Assembly: GCA_040757695.1 (NCBI GenBank)
Contig: JBFLWK010000005.1
Span: 6,899 to 70,898, forward strand
Direction of reading: 5' to 3'
Length of the DNA stretch: 64,000 nt
Source of the DNA: Elusimicrobiota bacterium
GTDB taxonomy: Bacteria > Elusimicrobiota > UBA8919
A program made the translations under genes and the position numbers. Below are positions 1 through 10,700 of the stretch, piece by piece. Position 1 is the first letter of the stretch. Each line of letters starts with the position of its first letter. The notes beneath the pieces were generated by a model. The model was not told the origin of the DNA. It searched no databases and saw only the letters and a program-made list of their open reading frames with translations.

Positions 1-749
1 TTGGCACGATTAGATAGTTCCAGAGTAAAACAGGTGTGTCGCAGTAAATGCGGATGGACGGACTTATTAAGATGAACTTTATCAGCATATTGCTTAATCC
101 GTAAAGCAATCGCTCTTTGAGATATAGACCGAGCGGTGTTTGTTCTGTTCGATGGAAACAGGTAAGGATTATTGGTATTGAGTTTAGTTAGGTAATCTTT
201 TATTGTCTGGTAAACTTGTTCCGGGATTTTTAGGATACGTTCTTTGTTGCCTTTACCAGTGACCTTGATTGCGTATGAATTGTCACCTTTGCAGATGTCA
301 CTAACAGTGAGTTTAACAAGTTCACCAATACGAATTCCTATTGATAAGAACAGTGAGAGAATAGCATAGTCTCTTTTACCAGTTAAAGTTTTCTTGTTCG
401 GTGCTTTAAGCAGGGATTTAGCTTCATCAGCAGTAAGTGAGCCAAGTGGTGCTGGTGAATATTTTGGGACTTTTACCTCAAGCGCAGGATTAGAGCTAAT
501 TTCTCCAAGTTTTATAAGGAACTCAAAGAAGGTTTTTAGCAGTTTAAGTTTCCAGGCAACAGTGCCGGGCTTGAGGTTTTTCAGAGATTCTTTGTAATGC
601 AAAATATCAGACATTTGGATTTTACTAACAGACGGGTAATTCAAGAATTCAAAAAAACTATTAAGTTCGTATTCATAGCGTTCTTTTGTTGATACTGAAT
701 TCTGGTTAGATAAAAAAGAGTGAATAAGTTCTTTAATTTTGTAGTTCAT
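1..749 (-). CDS. Tyrosine recombinase / phage integrase (XerC/XerD-like). It starts at 749 and runs out of the window, so the C-terminus is truncated.
   Basis: Reverse-strand translation from the ATG (complement of 747-749): MNYKIKELIHLF...GKGNKERILKIP...HPHLLRHTCF (box II HxLRHT). An AGGAGG RBS lies 8 nt upstream on the minus strand. No stop within the window, which is why it is missing from the ORF track. Confidence 0.85.
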   Translation of the reverse strand, partial: MNYKIKELIHSFLSNQNSVSTKERYEYELNSFFEFLNYPSVSKIQMSDILHYKESLKNLKPGTVAWKLKLLKTFFEFLIKLGEISSNPALEVKVPKYSPAPLGSLTADEAKSLLKAPNKKTLTGKRDYAILSLFLSIGIRIGELVKLTVSDICKGDNSYAIKVTGKGNKERILKIPEQVYQTIKDYLTKLNTNNPYLFPSNRTNTARSISQRAIALRIKQYADKVHLNKSVHPHLLRHTCFTLELSNRA

Positions 750-835
750 ACACGGTCCTCCTTTTCTTCCGAATATATTCGGGAGTTAAGCTCTGGACCA
801 ATTTTAACTCTGTTTCGGAGAGAAGTCAAGTCCTA

Positions 836-876
836 CTTTCTTTTCAGGAGAAAAGAAAGATAGGCAAAGAAAAGCC
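836..876 (+). promoter_or_regulatory. Hairpin (ctttctttt / caggag / aaaagaaag) followed by a CAAAGAAAAG box directly before the ATG at 877. Copy A of a recurring leader motif.
   Basis: Inverted repeat 836-844 / 851-859, box at 865-874. The same ~55-bp element recurs at 6963-7009. Confidence 0.5.
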
Positions 877-1335
877 ATGACAATAAAAGCATCAGATTCC
901 CCTGATGGTCCGTCAACTAATATCAGGAATACCAAGCATCAAGGCTGGTTAGAGTATTATTCTAAACAATTCGGCGTGCATATAAAAACCTGTATTCCTG
1001 ACCAGTGTAAATTCAAAGATAAGTGCAAATACAAAAGAGAAAATACACCTTGCGGAATAGAGCTTGAGAAAGAACGAGAATTACGCAAGAACTTAGGTGA
1101 TTTTCTTTCAGCGGAGATGTTTAACCAGATCCTCAGTTTTATCTTATGGACAAATCGTATTGATGACTGGTTGGCCTTACAGGACCCGGACACAATATTT
1201 ACTAAATATTTCTATTTAATGGATCACAGGATAAGACGGCTACAACATTTTTATCGGATATGTGGTGCTTACTGGCAGAAGCAGAAAAAAGAAGAGACAC
1301 TGGAGGAATACCTTGCCAAGAAAAAGAAAAAGTAA
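877..1335 (+). CDS. Putative terminase small subunit or other DNA-binding packaging protein. Cys-rich N-terminus, Lys-rich C-terminus.
   Basis: ORF sits immediately upstream of, and overlaps, the large terminase. Contains CKFKDKCKYKRENTPCG. No SD; it starts within the repeated leader. Function assigned by position only. Confidence 0.3.
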   Translation: MTIKASDSPDGPSTNIRNTKHQGWLEYYSKQFGVHIKTCIPDQCKFKDKCKYKRENTPCGIELEKERELRKNLGDFLSAEMFNQILSFILWTNRIDDWLALQDPDTIFTKYFYLMDHRIRRLQHFYRICGAYWQKQKKEETLEEYLAKKKKK

Positions 1336-2803
1336 ATTAGAGAATCTTACTGATATCATAAGTTTCTGTAAAGATGCGAAACTGCTCAATATACCTTTAT
1401 ATCCAAGGCAGGAATTATTACTACGGGTATTTTACGGGTTAGACCTGAATGCTGAACAGGAAGATGACTGGTGCAAACTTATGGGTATATCAAAATATGT
1501 TCCTCAGAAATATCAGGATGCAGTCTGGGTATTAGGTTCAAGGTCAGGTAAGACCACTTTAGCTGCAGCAGTCAGTGCCTATGAAACTATCTGTGTTAAC
1601 CACAGCACAGTTTTAAGGGATGAAGAATATGCGTATGCAATAATTGTTGCTTCAAGTTTAGTTCAGGCAAAATCTACTGCTACACAGAGTTTAATAAACT
1701 TCTTCCGTGCATCACCGTTCTTACGAACAATGGTTATAGAAGAGAAAACTTATGGTTTGAGAAGATTATCCACTACAGAACAGCAACTGGTACTCTCCAA
1801 TAACAAAATAATCCGTGCAGTACCTTTCTCAAGCAGAGTTTCCCGCGGTATTCCAATTTACTGTTTGATAGGTGATGAAATTGCTTACTGGAAAAAAGAA
1901 TCTGCTGCACAGAATACTGATGAAGAAGTGCTTAATTCACTTATACCGAGGATGGCACAGTTTGACAAGATGGCCAAAGTGCTTTTGATATCTACACCGG
2001 GTGATAAAACAGGAGTGTTATGGGACAGATGGTCTAATCGTGAAAAACTTAGAGAATTTCAGTTGAGCGTGAACCTGCCAACATGGGAGATGAACCCAAC
2101 TATACCTGAAAGTTTCTATGAAAAAGAACGTCTTCGTGATTCAGTTGCATTTGATGTTGAATTTGGTGCTAAATGGGCAGAGAGTATCTCATCATTATTA
2201 CCTGCGGATAAAATTGATACCTGTGTGAAGGATTATCAAATATTACCTTACTCTGAAAAGTATGAATATTATCTTGCTCTTGACCCGGCATTTACTTCTA
2301 ACAGGTTCGGTTTAGCAATAGGCCATTATGATAGAGACCGAGGTAAAGTAGTTATAGATGTTCTTGATGCTTGGGAGCCAAAAGAAGGACTGCCAGTTAT
2401 AGTTGATGAAGTTGTCAGTAATATCATTTCTTATTTCAAACGATACAGAATCAGTTATGCACAGACAGACCAGTATTCAGGGGAGATGCTCCGACAGAAA
2501 TTAGCAGGTTATGGAATTGAGTTAGAAGTTAAACCGTTCACAGCACAATACAAAAAACAGTTTTATTCTACACTCAAGTCATTAATAAATCAGGAGTTGA
2601 TTGAATTACCGAATAATCCGATAGCGATTAAAGAACTTAAAGATTTACAGATAAAATTCAATGCCGGTGGTTCTTATTCAATCTCACATCCTATTGGTAG
2701 TTCATATTCTGATGATTTAGCTGATTGTATTGGAATTATAACAGAACTGTGTTCACAGGTTTTTGAATATGAGGAGCCAGAAGTAGAAGCAGCAGTACTA
2801 TAG
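1262..2803 (+). CDS. Terminase large subunit (ATPase plus RNaseH-like nuclease).
   Basis: Walker A GSRSGKTT, Walker B LIGDEIAYW, C-terminal nuclease segment LALDPAFTSNRFGLAIGHYD. True start is uncertain because no clear RBS precedes 1262. Confidence 0.88.
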   Translation: MVLTGRSRKKKRHWRNTLPRKRKSKLENLTDIISFCKDAKLLNIPLYPRQELLLRVFYGLDLNAEQEDDWCKLMGISKYVPQKYQDAVWVLGSRSGKTTLAAAVSAYETICVNHSTVLRDEEYAYAIIVASSLVQAKSTATQSLINFFRASPFLRTMVIEEKTYGLRRLSTTEQQLVLSNNKIIRAVPFSSRVSRGIPIYCLIGDEIAYWKKESAAQNTDEEVLNSLIPRMAQFDKMAKVLLISTPGDKTGVLWDRWSNREKLREFQLSVNLPTWEMNPTIPESFYEKERLRDSVAFDVEFGAKWAESISSLLPADKIDTCVKDYQILPYSEKYEYYLALDPAFTSNRFGLAIGHYDRDRGKVVIDVLDAWEPKEGLPVIVDEVVSNIISYFKRYRISYAQTDQYSGEMLRQKLAGYGIELEVKPFTAQYKKQFYSTLKSLINQELIELPNNPIAIKELKDLQIKFNAGGSYSISHPIGSSYSDDLADCIGIITELCSQVFEYEEPEVEAAVL

Positions 2804-2823
2804 TCAAATGAAGGTATATAAAA

Positions 2824-4455
2824 ATGGACGATACAGAATTCGTTGAAGAAACAAACGAATCCGAACTTGAAGATATTCAGTTGGTGAAAGTTTATACATT
2901 CGGCACAGAGCCAGAACCTAAAACTAAACAACTTAAAGATGAATTTGCTGGATTGATTGAACAGGGTGATGCTATTGCACCACCAATAGATCTTAAAACG
3001 TGGGCATTACAATTAGAGAGGAACACAAGACTGAACCGTGCCATTACGACGATTGCAAGAAACACTGTCGGGTTAGGCTGGGACATAGTTCAAAAAGAAG
3101 AACTTACAAAACCCGAATCAAATGCATCTGCTGAAGAGAAAAGAATATATGAAGAACTTAAAACAAATGCAGATGAAGAAGAAAAACGGATTGAAAAACT
3201 TTTTGAACGACCAAATCCGCGGATGCCTTTTACAAAAGTGATGTTTTTAGTCAAGGTTGATGAGGAAGCAACAGGAAATGGTTATCTTGAAGTGTCACGA
3301 AATAACGCAGGAATCATAGACGGATTATTCCATGCACCTTCACATACTATTCGTGTCCGAAAAAACGGTGGTTTTGTTCAGATACGCAACGGTCTTACAA
3401 GATATTTTAAGGAGTTCGGTGACAGAAGAGTTATTGATAATCGTACAGGTGAAGAATTCAAACCTAAATCTCCAGATGACTTATTACCACAGGAACACAG
3501 AGCAAACGAACTGATACATTTTATGATTTATTCTCCACGGTCATCTCACTACGGTGTACCACGACATACTGCTACTGCCTGCGCTATTGCAGGTAATCGG
3601 TTAGCAGCAGAACGTAATGTTGTTTTCTTTGAGAACGATGCTGTTGGCAGGATGGCCATAATTGTTTCTAATGGCAAATTGTCTAAAGATTCTATTGAGA
3701 CAATAAAACAGTTTATTGAGATGAAAGGTAAGGGTGTGAAAAATGCACATCGTGTAATGCTGCTACAGGCGGAACCTAAAAAGCCCGGTATCACAAGGCC
3801 AGAAGATCAGGTTAAAATAGAACTTAAACCACTAACTGTAGGTGTAACCGAAGATGCAAGTTTCCTGAAATATCGTCAAGCAAATGATGAAGAGATAAGA
3901 GAATCTTTTGGACTGGATACTTCATTTTTCAGTTCAGGTGGTACTAACAGGGCGGCAGGAATTGTAGGCCGGCAGATAACTATAGAGCAAGAGTTCGAAC
4001 CTGATATCCGTGAAAAAGAGTATATCATAAACCATACCATCTTGGCTGATTTTGGTGCAAAATATGTCAAATTCCAGTTCAAGCGACCCAAGGCAACTGA
4101 CTCACTTGGTGATGCAAGAATATTTGCTCAGTTATCACGCACAGGTGGTATTACACCCAATGATACTCGCAGACTTTTAAGGACATTAGGATTTGATGGT
4201 TTCTTACCATTTAAAGAAACATGGGGTTCAAAACCAATACAATTCTCCTTACAGGAAATGGCTCAAATAGAATATGGCAACGAAGGTGAAGATGAGGAAT
4301 CAATTGATGGAGAAGAAGCAATTACAGGATTAGTAACTTTAAATCAACTATTAAAATCAGCAATTGAAAAATATCGTGATAAATCAGCACATAAGAAAAT
4401 AAGTTGTAATGAAAAAAACAATTTAGAAGTAAAAATCAAAAATAATAATTTATGA
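2824..4455 (+). CDS. Phage portal protein (HK97-like family).
   Basis: 543 aa, located after TerL, portal-like conserved core (…YGVPRHTATACAIAGNRLAAERNVVFFENDA…). RBS aaggta…ATG. Confidence 0.75.
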   Translation: MDDTEFVEETNESELEDIQLVKVYTFGTEPEPKTKQLKDEFAGLIEQGDAIAPPIDLKTWALQLERNTRLNRAITTIARNTVGLGWDIVQKEELTKPESNASAEEKRIYEELKTNADEEEKRIEKLFERPNPRMPFTKVMFLVKVDEEATGNGYLEVSRNNAGIIDGLFHAPSHTIRVRKNGGFVQIRNGLTRYFKEFGDRRVIDNRTGEEFKPKSPDDLLPQEHRANELIHFMIYSPRSSHYGVPRHTATACAIAGNRLAAERNVVFFENDAVGRMAIIVSNGKLSKDSIETIKQFIEMKGKGVKNAHRVMLLQAEPKKPGITRPEDQVKIELKPLTVGVTEDASFLKYRQANDEEIRESFGLDTSFFSSGGTNRAAGIVGRQITIEQEFEPDIREKEYIINHTILADFGAKYVKFQFKRPKATDSLGDARIFAQLSRTGGITPNDTRRLLRTLGFDGFLPFKETWGSKPIQFSLQEMAQIEYGNEGEDEESIDGEEAITGLVTLNQLLKSAIEKYRDKSAHKKISCNEKNNLEVKIKNNNL

Positions 4456-6677
4456 ATACACTTTGTTTAACTGAATCACAGGCAGAGATAATGGCACAGC
4501 TATCAAGAAGAACACTTTCATATTTCTATCCTGAAGGCACTATTTATAAAAGCGAAGACGATCCAGAACCTTATGAAACAGATATGTTTTCAATAGTTCG
4601 CAGTGTATTCAGACAAATGCTTAAAGAAACCATCCCAGAAGGTGATGTAGTTAACAGGTTAATAGAATCTGGATTTACAGTATCTGAAGGTAAACTGAAC
4701 TTCAAACCAGATGCACTAGAAACATTTCACAAAGAGTTAGACCATAAACTTGGAGAAGAAGTGGTTGACCGGATAGCAGAGGATACACATAAAATCATTA
4801 ATAATATTTATGTTACTTCAAAAGAAGTGGCAGCAAAGAAAATAAAAGCAGAAGTATCTATTAAAGGTGCAGATAAAGCAACTATTGATATACTGTCAGA
4901 TGCAAATAATTTCTTTATCCGCAATACATACAATGCACATTTAGTAGATGCAGTCAATGAGAAAGCAATTGAAGTAATAAATCGTGGTTTAGGTGCAGAA
5001 GAATTAGGACTTGTTTTGAAAGACGAACTCAGTGAACTGATTGGTACAAAAAGCGATTTTTATTTTCGTGTATTAGCCAATGATGTAATTAACCGGGCTC
5101 GTACTTTCGCCCAGGTAATTCAATATCGCGAAGTTGGTATTACTACATATGAGTGGGTCACGATGGCAGATGAACGTGTTTGCCCGATTTGTGCCTACAT
5201 GGATGGACGCATTTTTAGAATAGAGACAGCAGGTGAGATTGTCCAGGAGATAATAGATTTTGGTATACCTGAAAATGCTGGACAGGTAGAAGAGTTTAAA
5301 CAGATAAAACCATGGCTTGGGTTTGACCCGCAGAGAGCTCTTGCTGGTAATTCTGCTATATTCTTGCAACAAGGCGATAGACGAACTTTTCTACCTAATT
5401 CAAATTTTAGATTTGATTCAGCAGGAATAGCGTTTCCGTTGGCTAATCCAAAATCAAGAGAAGATAATACACGACTTGAAGATTTACACACAATTTTGCC
5501 CCCACTTCATGGAATGTGTCGCTGTACAACTGTAGTTTCAGAAGAATCAATTCGTGAATATTTAGGTGAACAGGAATTAGTTAATTTTGAGACATCTCCT
5601 TATGAGCCAATTTCAAGAGAGAAACTTATTGATAGAAGCAATTTAGAACTTCGTGAGTTAGCAAAAGAACGAGGGATAAAATATTTCCGCGTAATGAACA
5701 AACAGGAACTGATTACAGTTCTGTCCAATCCATCAAAAGCAATTGAGATTGGTAAGATTGCACGGCAGAGATGGCAGAAGCAAGGACCGCAGGTACCACC
5801 CAGAACAGATATCAAGAAGTTAGCAGATGAGTTAAAAGAAAAACCAGTCTCAGAATTAATGCGTATCGCACAGGAAAAAGGAATAAAGAATTTTCGAGTA
5901 ATGCGTAAAGAAGAACTGATTAGTGTACTTTCGGATCCGTCTAAATATGACCAGATACAGGAAACAGTAAAACAAAGGATACGGGAGGCACGCGGACAAC
6001 CCGGAGCAAAACCAGGTACCACAAAAGCAGATGAATTAGGACTGGAAGATGTTGCGGAAAGGAAAAAAAATGCAATTGATACAATTCTGACAAATGCAGA
6101 AACAAAGATTGATTTTATTTCAAATGAAGAATTCAGGAAAAAGTTAAAACCCTGGTTAAAAGATTTTGAACTGGATGTATTAGAAAAAGCAGTAGAGAAA
6201 AACTTAAAGATCTCGCTTTATCGTGACGATCACAGTGTTCCCTGGCGAGGTACTGCGGATAATTTTTCTGGTATTTATTGGAATGAAAAACATCAGTTAG
6301 GATTAGTCTACAGGACCGGTGGATATAGAAGGATGACATTTGACCATGAGATGGGACATTTTATTGACCACGAACATCCTGCTTCATGGGATATCAAAAG
6401 AAAATATATACTTGATGAATTTAAACGAGAACAAAAGATTGCTAATGAATTAGTCCCCAAGGAAGACCAGTGGCTTCCCTGGGAGGCAAAATGGAAGTTG
6501 ATTAAACGTGCAGATGATATTGTCTCTGAATATGGTATGAGAAATGAAGGCGAATTTTTTGCTGAGTCAGTAATGATCTATATGTACAAAAGTCCATTTA
6601 ATAAATTACAACGAGTAGCACCTGATATATATAAAGCATTCAAAGATAAAATATTCAGAAGGGAGTTCAAAACATGA
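4452..6677 (+). CDS. Minor head protein of the MuF / SPP1 gp7 family, fused to two Rho-N-like motifs and a C-terminal HExxH zinc-metallopeptidase-like domain.
   Basis: Position after the portal. MuF-like Cys pairs CPICAYMDGR / CRCTTV. Repeats LELRELAKERGIKYFRVMNKQELITVL and SELMRIAQEKGIKNFRVMRKEELISVL resemble the Rho_N fold. C-terminus carries HEMGHFIDHEH followed by EGEFFAES. Confidence 0.7.
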   Translation: MNTLCLTESQAEIMAQLSRRTLSYFYPEGTIYKSEDDPEPYETDMFSIVRSVFRQMLKETIPEGDVVNRLIESGFTVSEGKLNFKPDALETFHKELDHKLGEEVVDRIAEDTHKIINNIYVTSKEVAAKKIKAEVSIKGADKATIDILSDANNFFIRNTYNAHLVDAVNEKAIEVINRGLGAEELGLVLKDELSELIGTKSDFYFRVLANDVINRARTFAQVIQYREVGITTYEWVTMADERVCPICAYMDGRIFRIETAGEIVQEIIDFGIPENAGQVEEFKQIKPWLGFDPQRALAGNSAIFLQQGDRRTFLPNSNFRFDSAGIAFPLANPKSREDNTRLEDLHTILPPLHGMCRCTTVVSEESIREYLGEQELVNFETSPYEPISREKLIDRSNLELRELAKERGIKYFRVMNKQELITVLSNPSKAIEIGKIARQRWQKQGPQVPPRTDIKKLADELKEKPVSELMRIAQEKGIKNFRVMRKEELISVLSDPSKYDQIQETVKQRIREARGQPGAKPGTTKADELGLEDVAERKKNAIDTILTNAETKIDFISNEEFRKKLKPWLKDFELDVLEKAVEKNLKISLYRDDHSVPWRGTADNFSGIYWNEKHQLGLVYRTGGYRRMTFDHEMGHFIDHEHPASWDIKRKYILDEFKREQKIANELVPKEDQWLPWEAKWKLIKRADDIVSEYGMRNEGEFFAESVMIYMYKSPFNKLQRVAPDIYKAFKDKIFRREFKT

Positions 6678-6958
6678 GATACGCAATGATTGCCAAACAA
6701 ATCAAAGGCAAGTTAGAAGCAGTTGGGACAATTGACATTGATGAAAAAGGGTTTAAGTTTGAGACTGCTGATAAGAAACTTAAAAAACTTTTAACCGAAG
6801 TACAAAAGAAAGGCATTGATGCAATAGTAGATGGTGGTGAAAGAGACAATATTCATCATGACTTGTGGAAGAAAATAAAAATTACTGAAAATAGAACCGG
6901 TCCCCTACAGGATTTGTTAGAACAGAACGGTTACTACTGGTGGGAAGAGAAGGAATAA
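6674..6958 (+). CDS. Hypothetical small protein.
   Basis: ORF with a GGAG RBS, translationally coupled to the upstream gene. Confidence 0.4.
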   Translation: MRYAMIAKQIKGKLEAVGTIDIDEKGFKFETADKKLKKLLTEVQKKGIDAIVDGGERDNIHHDLWKKIKITENRTGPLQDLLEQNGYYWWEEKE

Positions 6959-6962
6959 CTTA

Positions 6963-7006
6963 CTTTCTTTTTCAGGAGAAAAAGAAAGATAAGCAAAGAA
7001 AAAGCC
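6963..7006 (+). promoter_or_regulatory. Copy B of the hairpin + CAAAGAAAAAG leader. Identical architecture to 836-876, up to and including ATGACAATAAA.
   Basis: ctttcttttt / caggag / aaaaagaaag at 6963-6988, box at 6994-7004. Confidence 0.5.
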
Positions 7007-7765
7007 ATGACAATAAATACAGAGACACAAGAAGAACTGAATAATGAAGTTTACAAATTAGATAAAGATGCTGACTTAAGTAAAAAGAGCAAAGAAGCAC
7101 TCTGGTATGATGATGCCATACTTCACTATCGTTATCATAAAGCAAAACAGGGATTGAAATATCAGGGCTGGAGTTTAGAAGATTTTGTCAATTTGCATGT
7201 ACTAATCTTACAAGAACTTAAAAAACGTAAATTACCACATTTTGACCGCGATGATGAATTAGATATGGATACAAAACCTTTTTTGAAACAATATGCTCCT
7301 ATTGAACCATCAGGTGAAAAACTTGGTGAACGAATTTATTTGAAAGATATATTACCATACTTTAAAACATTTTTAATCCGTAAACCGTATATCTGGCTTG
7401 TTGGCGGGCTGGTAGTGAATGGCAGTACAGAAGGTGATATTGACTTATTAGTTAATGATTCACCTGATATAAGGCCAGAATTTAAGCATATATTAGAATG
7501 GCGGATAATGAGAAGTTTCCCGAAAGAATACTGGTCAAGATTTCAATTCCATTATAATCAGTTCTGGGGACCATTTACAGATCATCTTCCTTTGTATAAC
7601 TTAACTTTTGAACGTTGTCCTGATACAGAAATTATTCGTATGTCTGCTGATAGTCAAAAAGAAGATATAGAACAATTTATTCTGAAAGATTTTACAAAAG
7701 AAGAACTATTGGAACTTATTTACTGGACAGAAAATAAACTTAAGAGTTTAGAAGAGAAAAAATAA
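7007..7765 (+). CDS. Putative minimal nucleotidyltransferase (Pol-beta superfamily).
   Basis: GG-x9-DID signature (VGGLVVNGSTEGDIDLLV). Stop TAA at 7763-7765 abuts the ATG at 7766 of the ligase / MTase / PE gene. Confidence 0.4.
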   Translation: MTINTETQEELNNEVYKLDKDADLSKKSKEALWYDDAILHYRYHKAKQGLKYQGWSLEDFVNLHVLILQELKKRKLPHFDRDDELDMDTKPFLKQYAPIEPSGEKLGERIYLKDILPYFKTFLIRKPYIWLVGGLVVNGSTEGDIDLLVNDSPDIRPEFKHILEWRIMRSFPKEYWSRFQFHYNQFWGPFTDHLPLYNLTFERCPDTEIIRMSADSQKEDIEQFILKDFTKEELLELIYWTENKLKSLEEKK

Positions 7766-10700
7766 ATGAATATAAAAGATATACTCATTAATTTCAAGAA
7801 AAGATTACTTGAACAACTTGGTGAGCTCTTATTTTTCAAACAAGAAGTGCGAACAACTAATCCAGAGATACAGCGTCAAGCAAAGGCATCATTAAAGGAA
7901 GATAAGATAAAACTATTCAGGTTTTTTATTCCATTAAAATCAGCATTTTCACCATTTATGGCTTACAGATTAGCTGAGAAATATAAGGTCAGCGATGTAA
8001 TTGCACACCTTAAAGAAATTGCTGAAAGAAGAAAATTAGGTACTGAGATACCTGCTGTTATCCTGCAGAAAAAATACGATGGTATTCGTGGGCAGATACA
8101 CAAATCTAAAGATAGAGTTTTGATTCTAACTGATGATGGCACCAATGTAACTGCCCGGCTACCGAATGTAGTTAAAGAAGTTTTAGATATTGAACATCCT
8201 GAAGAATTTATACTTGATTGTGAAATAGAACTCTGGGAGAATGATAAACATCTGCCACGAGAAAAAATTGCCGGATATTTACACAGTAAAGATAAGCCGG
8301 ATGATTCAGAAATCGTGGTAAATGTGTTTGATATCCTCTACTGTTATGATAAAGAAATACAGCATAAAGAACTCAATCTAAATAAAGGTGATTTACATAA
8401 TGAAGCACAGCAAATTCGGTTAAAATACCTCAATTTAATTCAATTTGGACAATCAGTAATAGATGAGCCGGATACAAAAATAAAACTCAATTTAGCACCT
8501 GCGGATTATGTTGATAACATAAAGGACTTAGAAGCATCATTACAGAAATTTGCTAACTCTGCATATTCAGAAGGTTCAATGATTAAACTGGCTGATTCAA
8601 TCTATCCTTTGAACGGTGTAACAACAGAAGTGGTAAAGTACAAAAAATATGTAGATGCACATGTAAAAATTTGGCGTGTGAATAAAACCAAAGTTCCAAC
8701 TGTATTCAATTATGATTTTGCTGTGGGATTCAGGAAAGAAGATTTAGTTGACCCTAAGACAATAGTAAAAATTGGTGATAAAGAATACTCTAAAGCAGGC
8801 AGATCATATAACACTGATGTTAAATGTGAAATCGGTGATGTAATTACTATTCGGTTTCATACCATTAACTTGTATCGCAATTTAGAGACAGGTAAAATTC
8901 GTATACATCTTTATGAACCACGATTTCACGAATTAAGAACATTTCAACAAGAACCAGATATGATTTCGCAGATAATTGAAGTAGGGAGGGAAGCAGGTTT
9001 ACTTGAAGAAAAGACAGAAACCAAAGACCTTGCTTTAGCGCCTGAAATAATTACTGATGGAGAACCAGATGGTGATATTCTCAAGATAAATTATTTAGGT
9101 AACAAACGCAGGTTTGCCAAGCTAATTGTTTCCAAGTTTCCTAAAAATGCAAAGAAAGTGTTTGACCCTGCCTGTGGTTGTTCAGCAGTACTCATGGAAG
9201 CAGCAAAACAAGGATATGAAGTCTGGGGTAATGATATTTCTATTTATCCTTACTGGTTCTCTAAAGGAATCTTTGAAGGAGCAAAACTCAATGAGGAAGA
9301 TGCAGAAAAAATACTTTCTTATAAAAAACACGATGGCTGGCTGACTACAGAATGGCAAGGACAGTATCCTGAAGTTAAAGATTTCAGAAGGATTTTGGAC
9401 GGTCTTGTATTGCAGTCAAAAGAATTTCAGGGAGCAAAATTATGGTCAGTAAGAGCAGTCTTATGCAGGTTTTTAGGAGCATTGTTTGGTGATGTCCCTT
9501 CCTGGTTGTGTGTTGAATATGCTCGTGGTAGAACTCCAAACCTGAAAGTAACCTTAAACAATTCTATTAAAGAGATAAACAGTTACATAGAACAGATTGG
9601 TGGTAAAGGAAAAATAACCAGTGAAGATGCACTTAAAATGAGAATGCCTGATACAGATATTATATATTTTGACCCACCTTATTTCCCTAAAGGTCGTGGT
9701 CCGATAAAATATTTCGCCTGGTATAAAGTAATCAATTCTTTATTACTTCAGAAAGAATGGAAACCTGATGCAGAAGAGTTGTCACCTGAGAACTTGAAAA
9801 TCTTATTAGAAAAACTGTGTAAACATTCAAAATATTTATTCCTATCAACAGAAAGGAATTCTCGTATACCATGGCTAAGTGAATTAAAAAGACATAAAAA
9901 TAAAGTTACTGTCCGAAGGTTATCTTACGAACAGCAATCAAATGTAACAGGTAGAAGTACTCACCAAAGACAGAACCTTATTTCAGGTAAAAGTGCCATT
10001 TTGATTAAACAACAAGATCCATATTTACGTTATCCACCAGAAGATGAAACTTATAGATATGTTGTACAAGAACACTGGCGTGGATCCTCTATGCACAACG
10101 ACTTCAGGTATGAGATTATCAAAAATGAGTTACTATTAGGTTGGACAATAGATTCTTTAATCAAAGGAACAATAAAAGAGCCTATAACAACTTTATCACA
10201 AGCAAAGGAACTTAAATTTGATGATTACTCTAAAATAAACTGGGATACAGGTGAATTTAAGAAACGCAAAAAGAAAGGTGCAGAAAAATTAGTTGATGTT
10301 GAACTTGCTTGTCAAAGGAAAAGTCCGGAACCCTTCGCTTGGTTAGAAGTAGAAGGAGTAGCTCCAACAGGAAGTGTTGGTGCAACCAAAAAATTTCCAG
10401 GCGTGTTTCGTATTGTAGATAAAGGCACAATTGAAGTAGGTGCATTGAAACCCTGGTTAGCAGAATATTTCCCTAAGTCATCTCGCAACCAAGGTGGATT
10501 TAGATACCGTATTTTTTTCAGACAGCTACGCACATCTGCAATTACCGGAAAAGAAAAATTTATTAAATCAATAGAATCACAAAAAATTTATGACGCAATA
10601 AAACAAGCTTTCACCAGCGTTGATTTAAATCCTGAAGATAAAGATTGGGATTTAAGAATTATGGAGACCATCAAGCAAGAGATTAAACCTTTACCTGTAA

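Noticed and set aside
394-597. Plus-strand 67-aa ORF.
   Set aside because: Lies entirely inside the minus-strand tyrosine integrase coding region, which has clear catalytic motifs and an RBS. It is a shadow ORF.
1262-1335. Possible programmed frameshift fusing the 877 ORF to the large terminase through the Lys-rich overlap (aag aaa aag aaa aag).
   Set aside because: No proper X XXY YYZ heptamer in the zero frame and no downstream stimulatory structure. The overlap is more simply explained by an uncertain TerL start.
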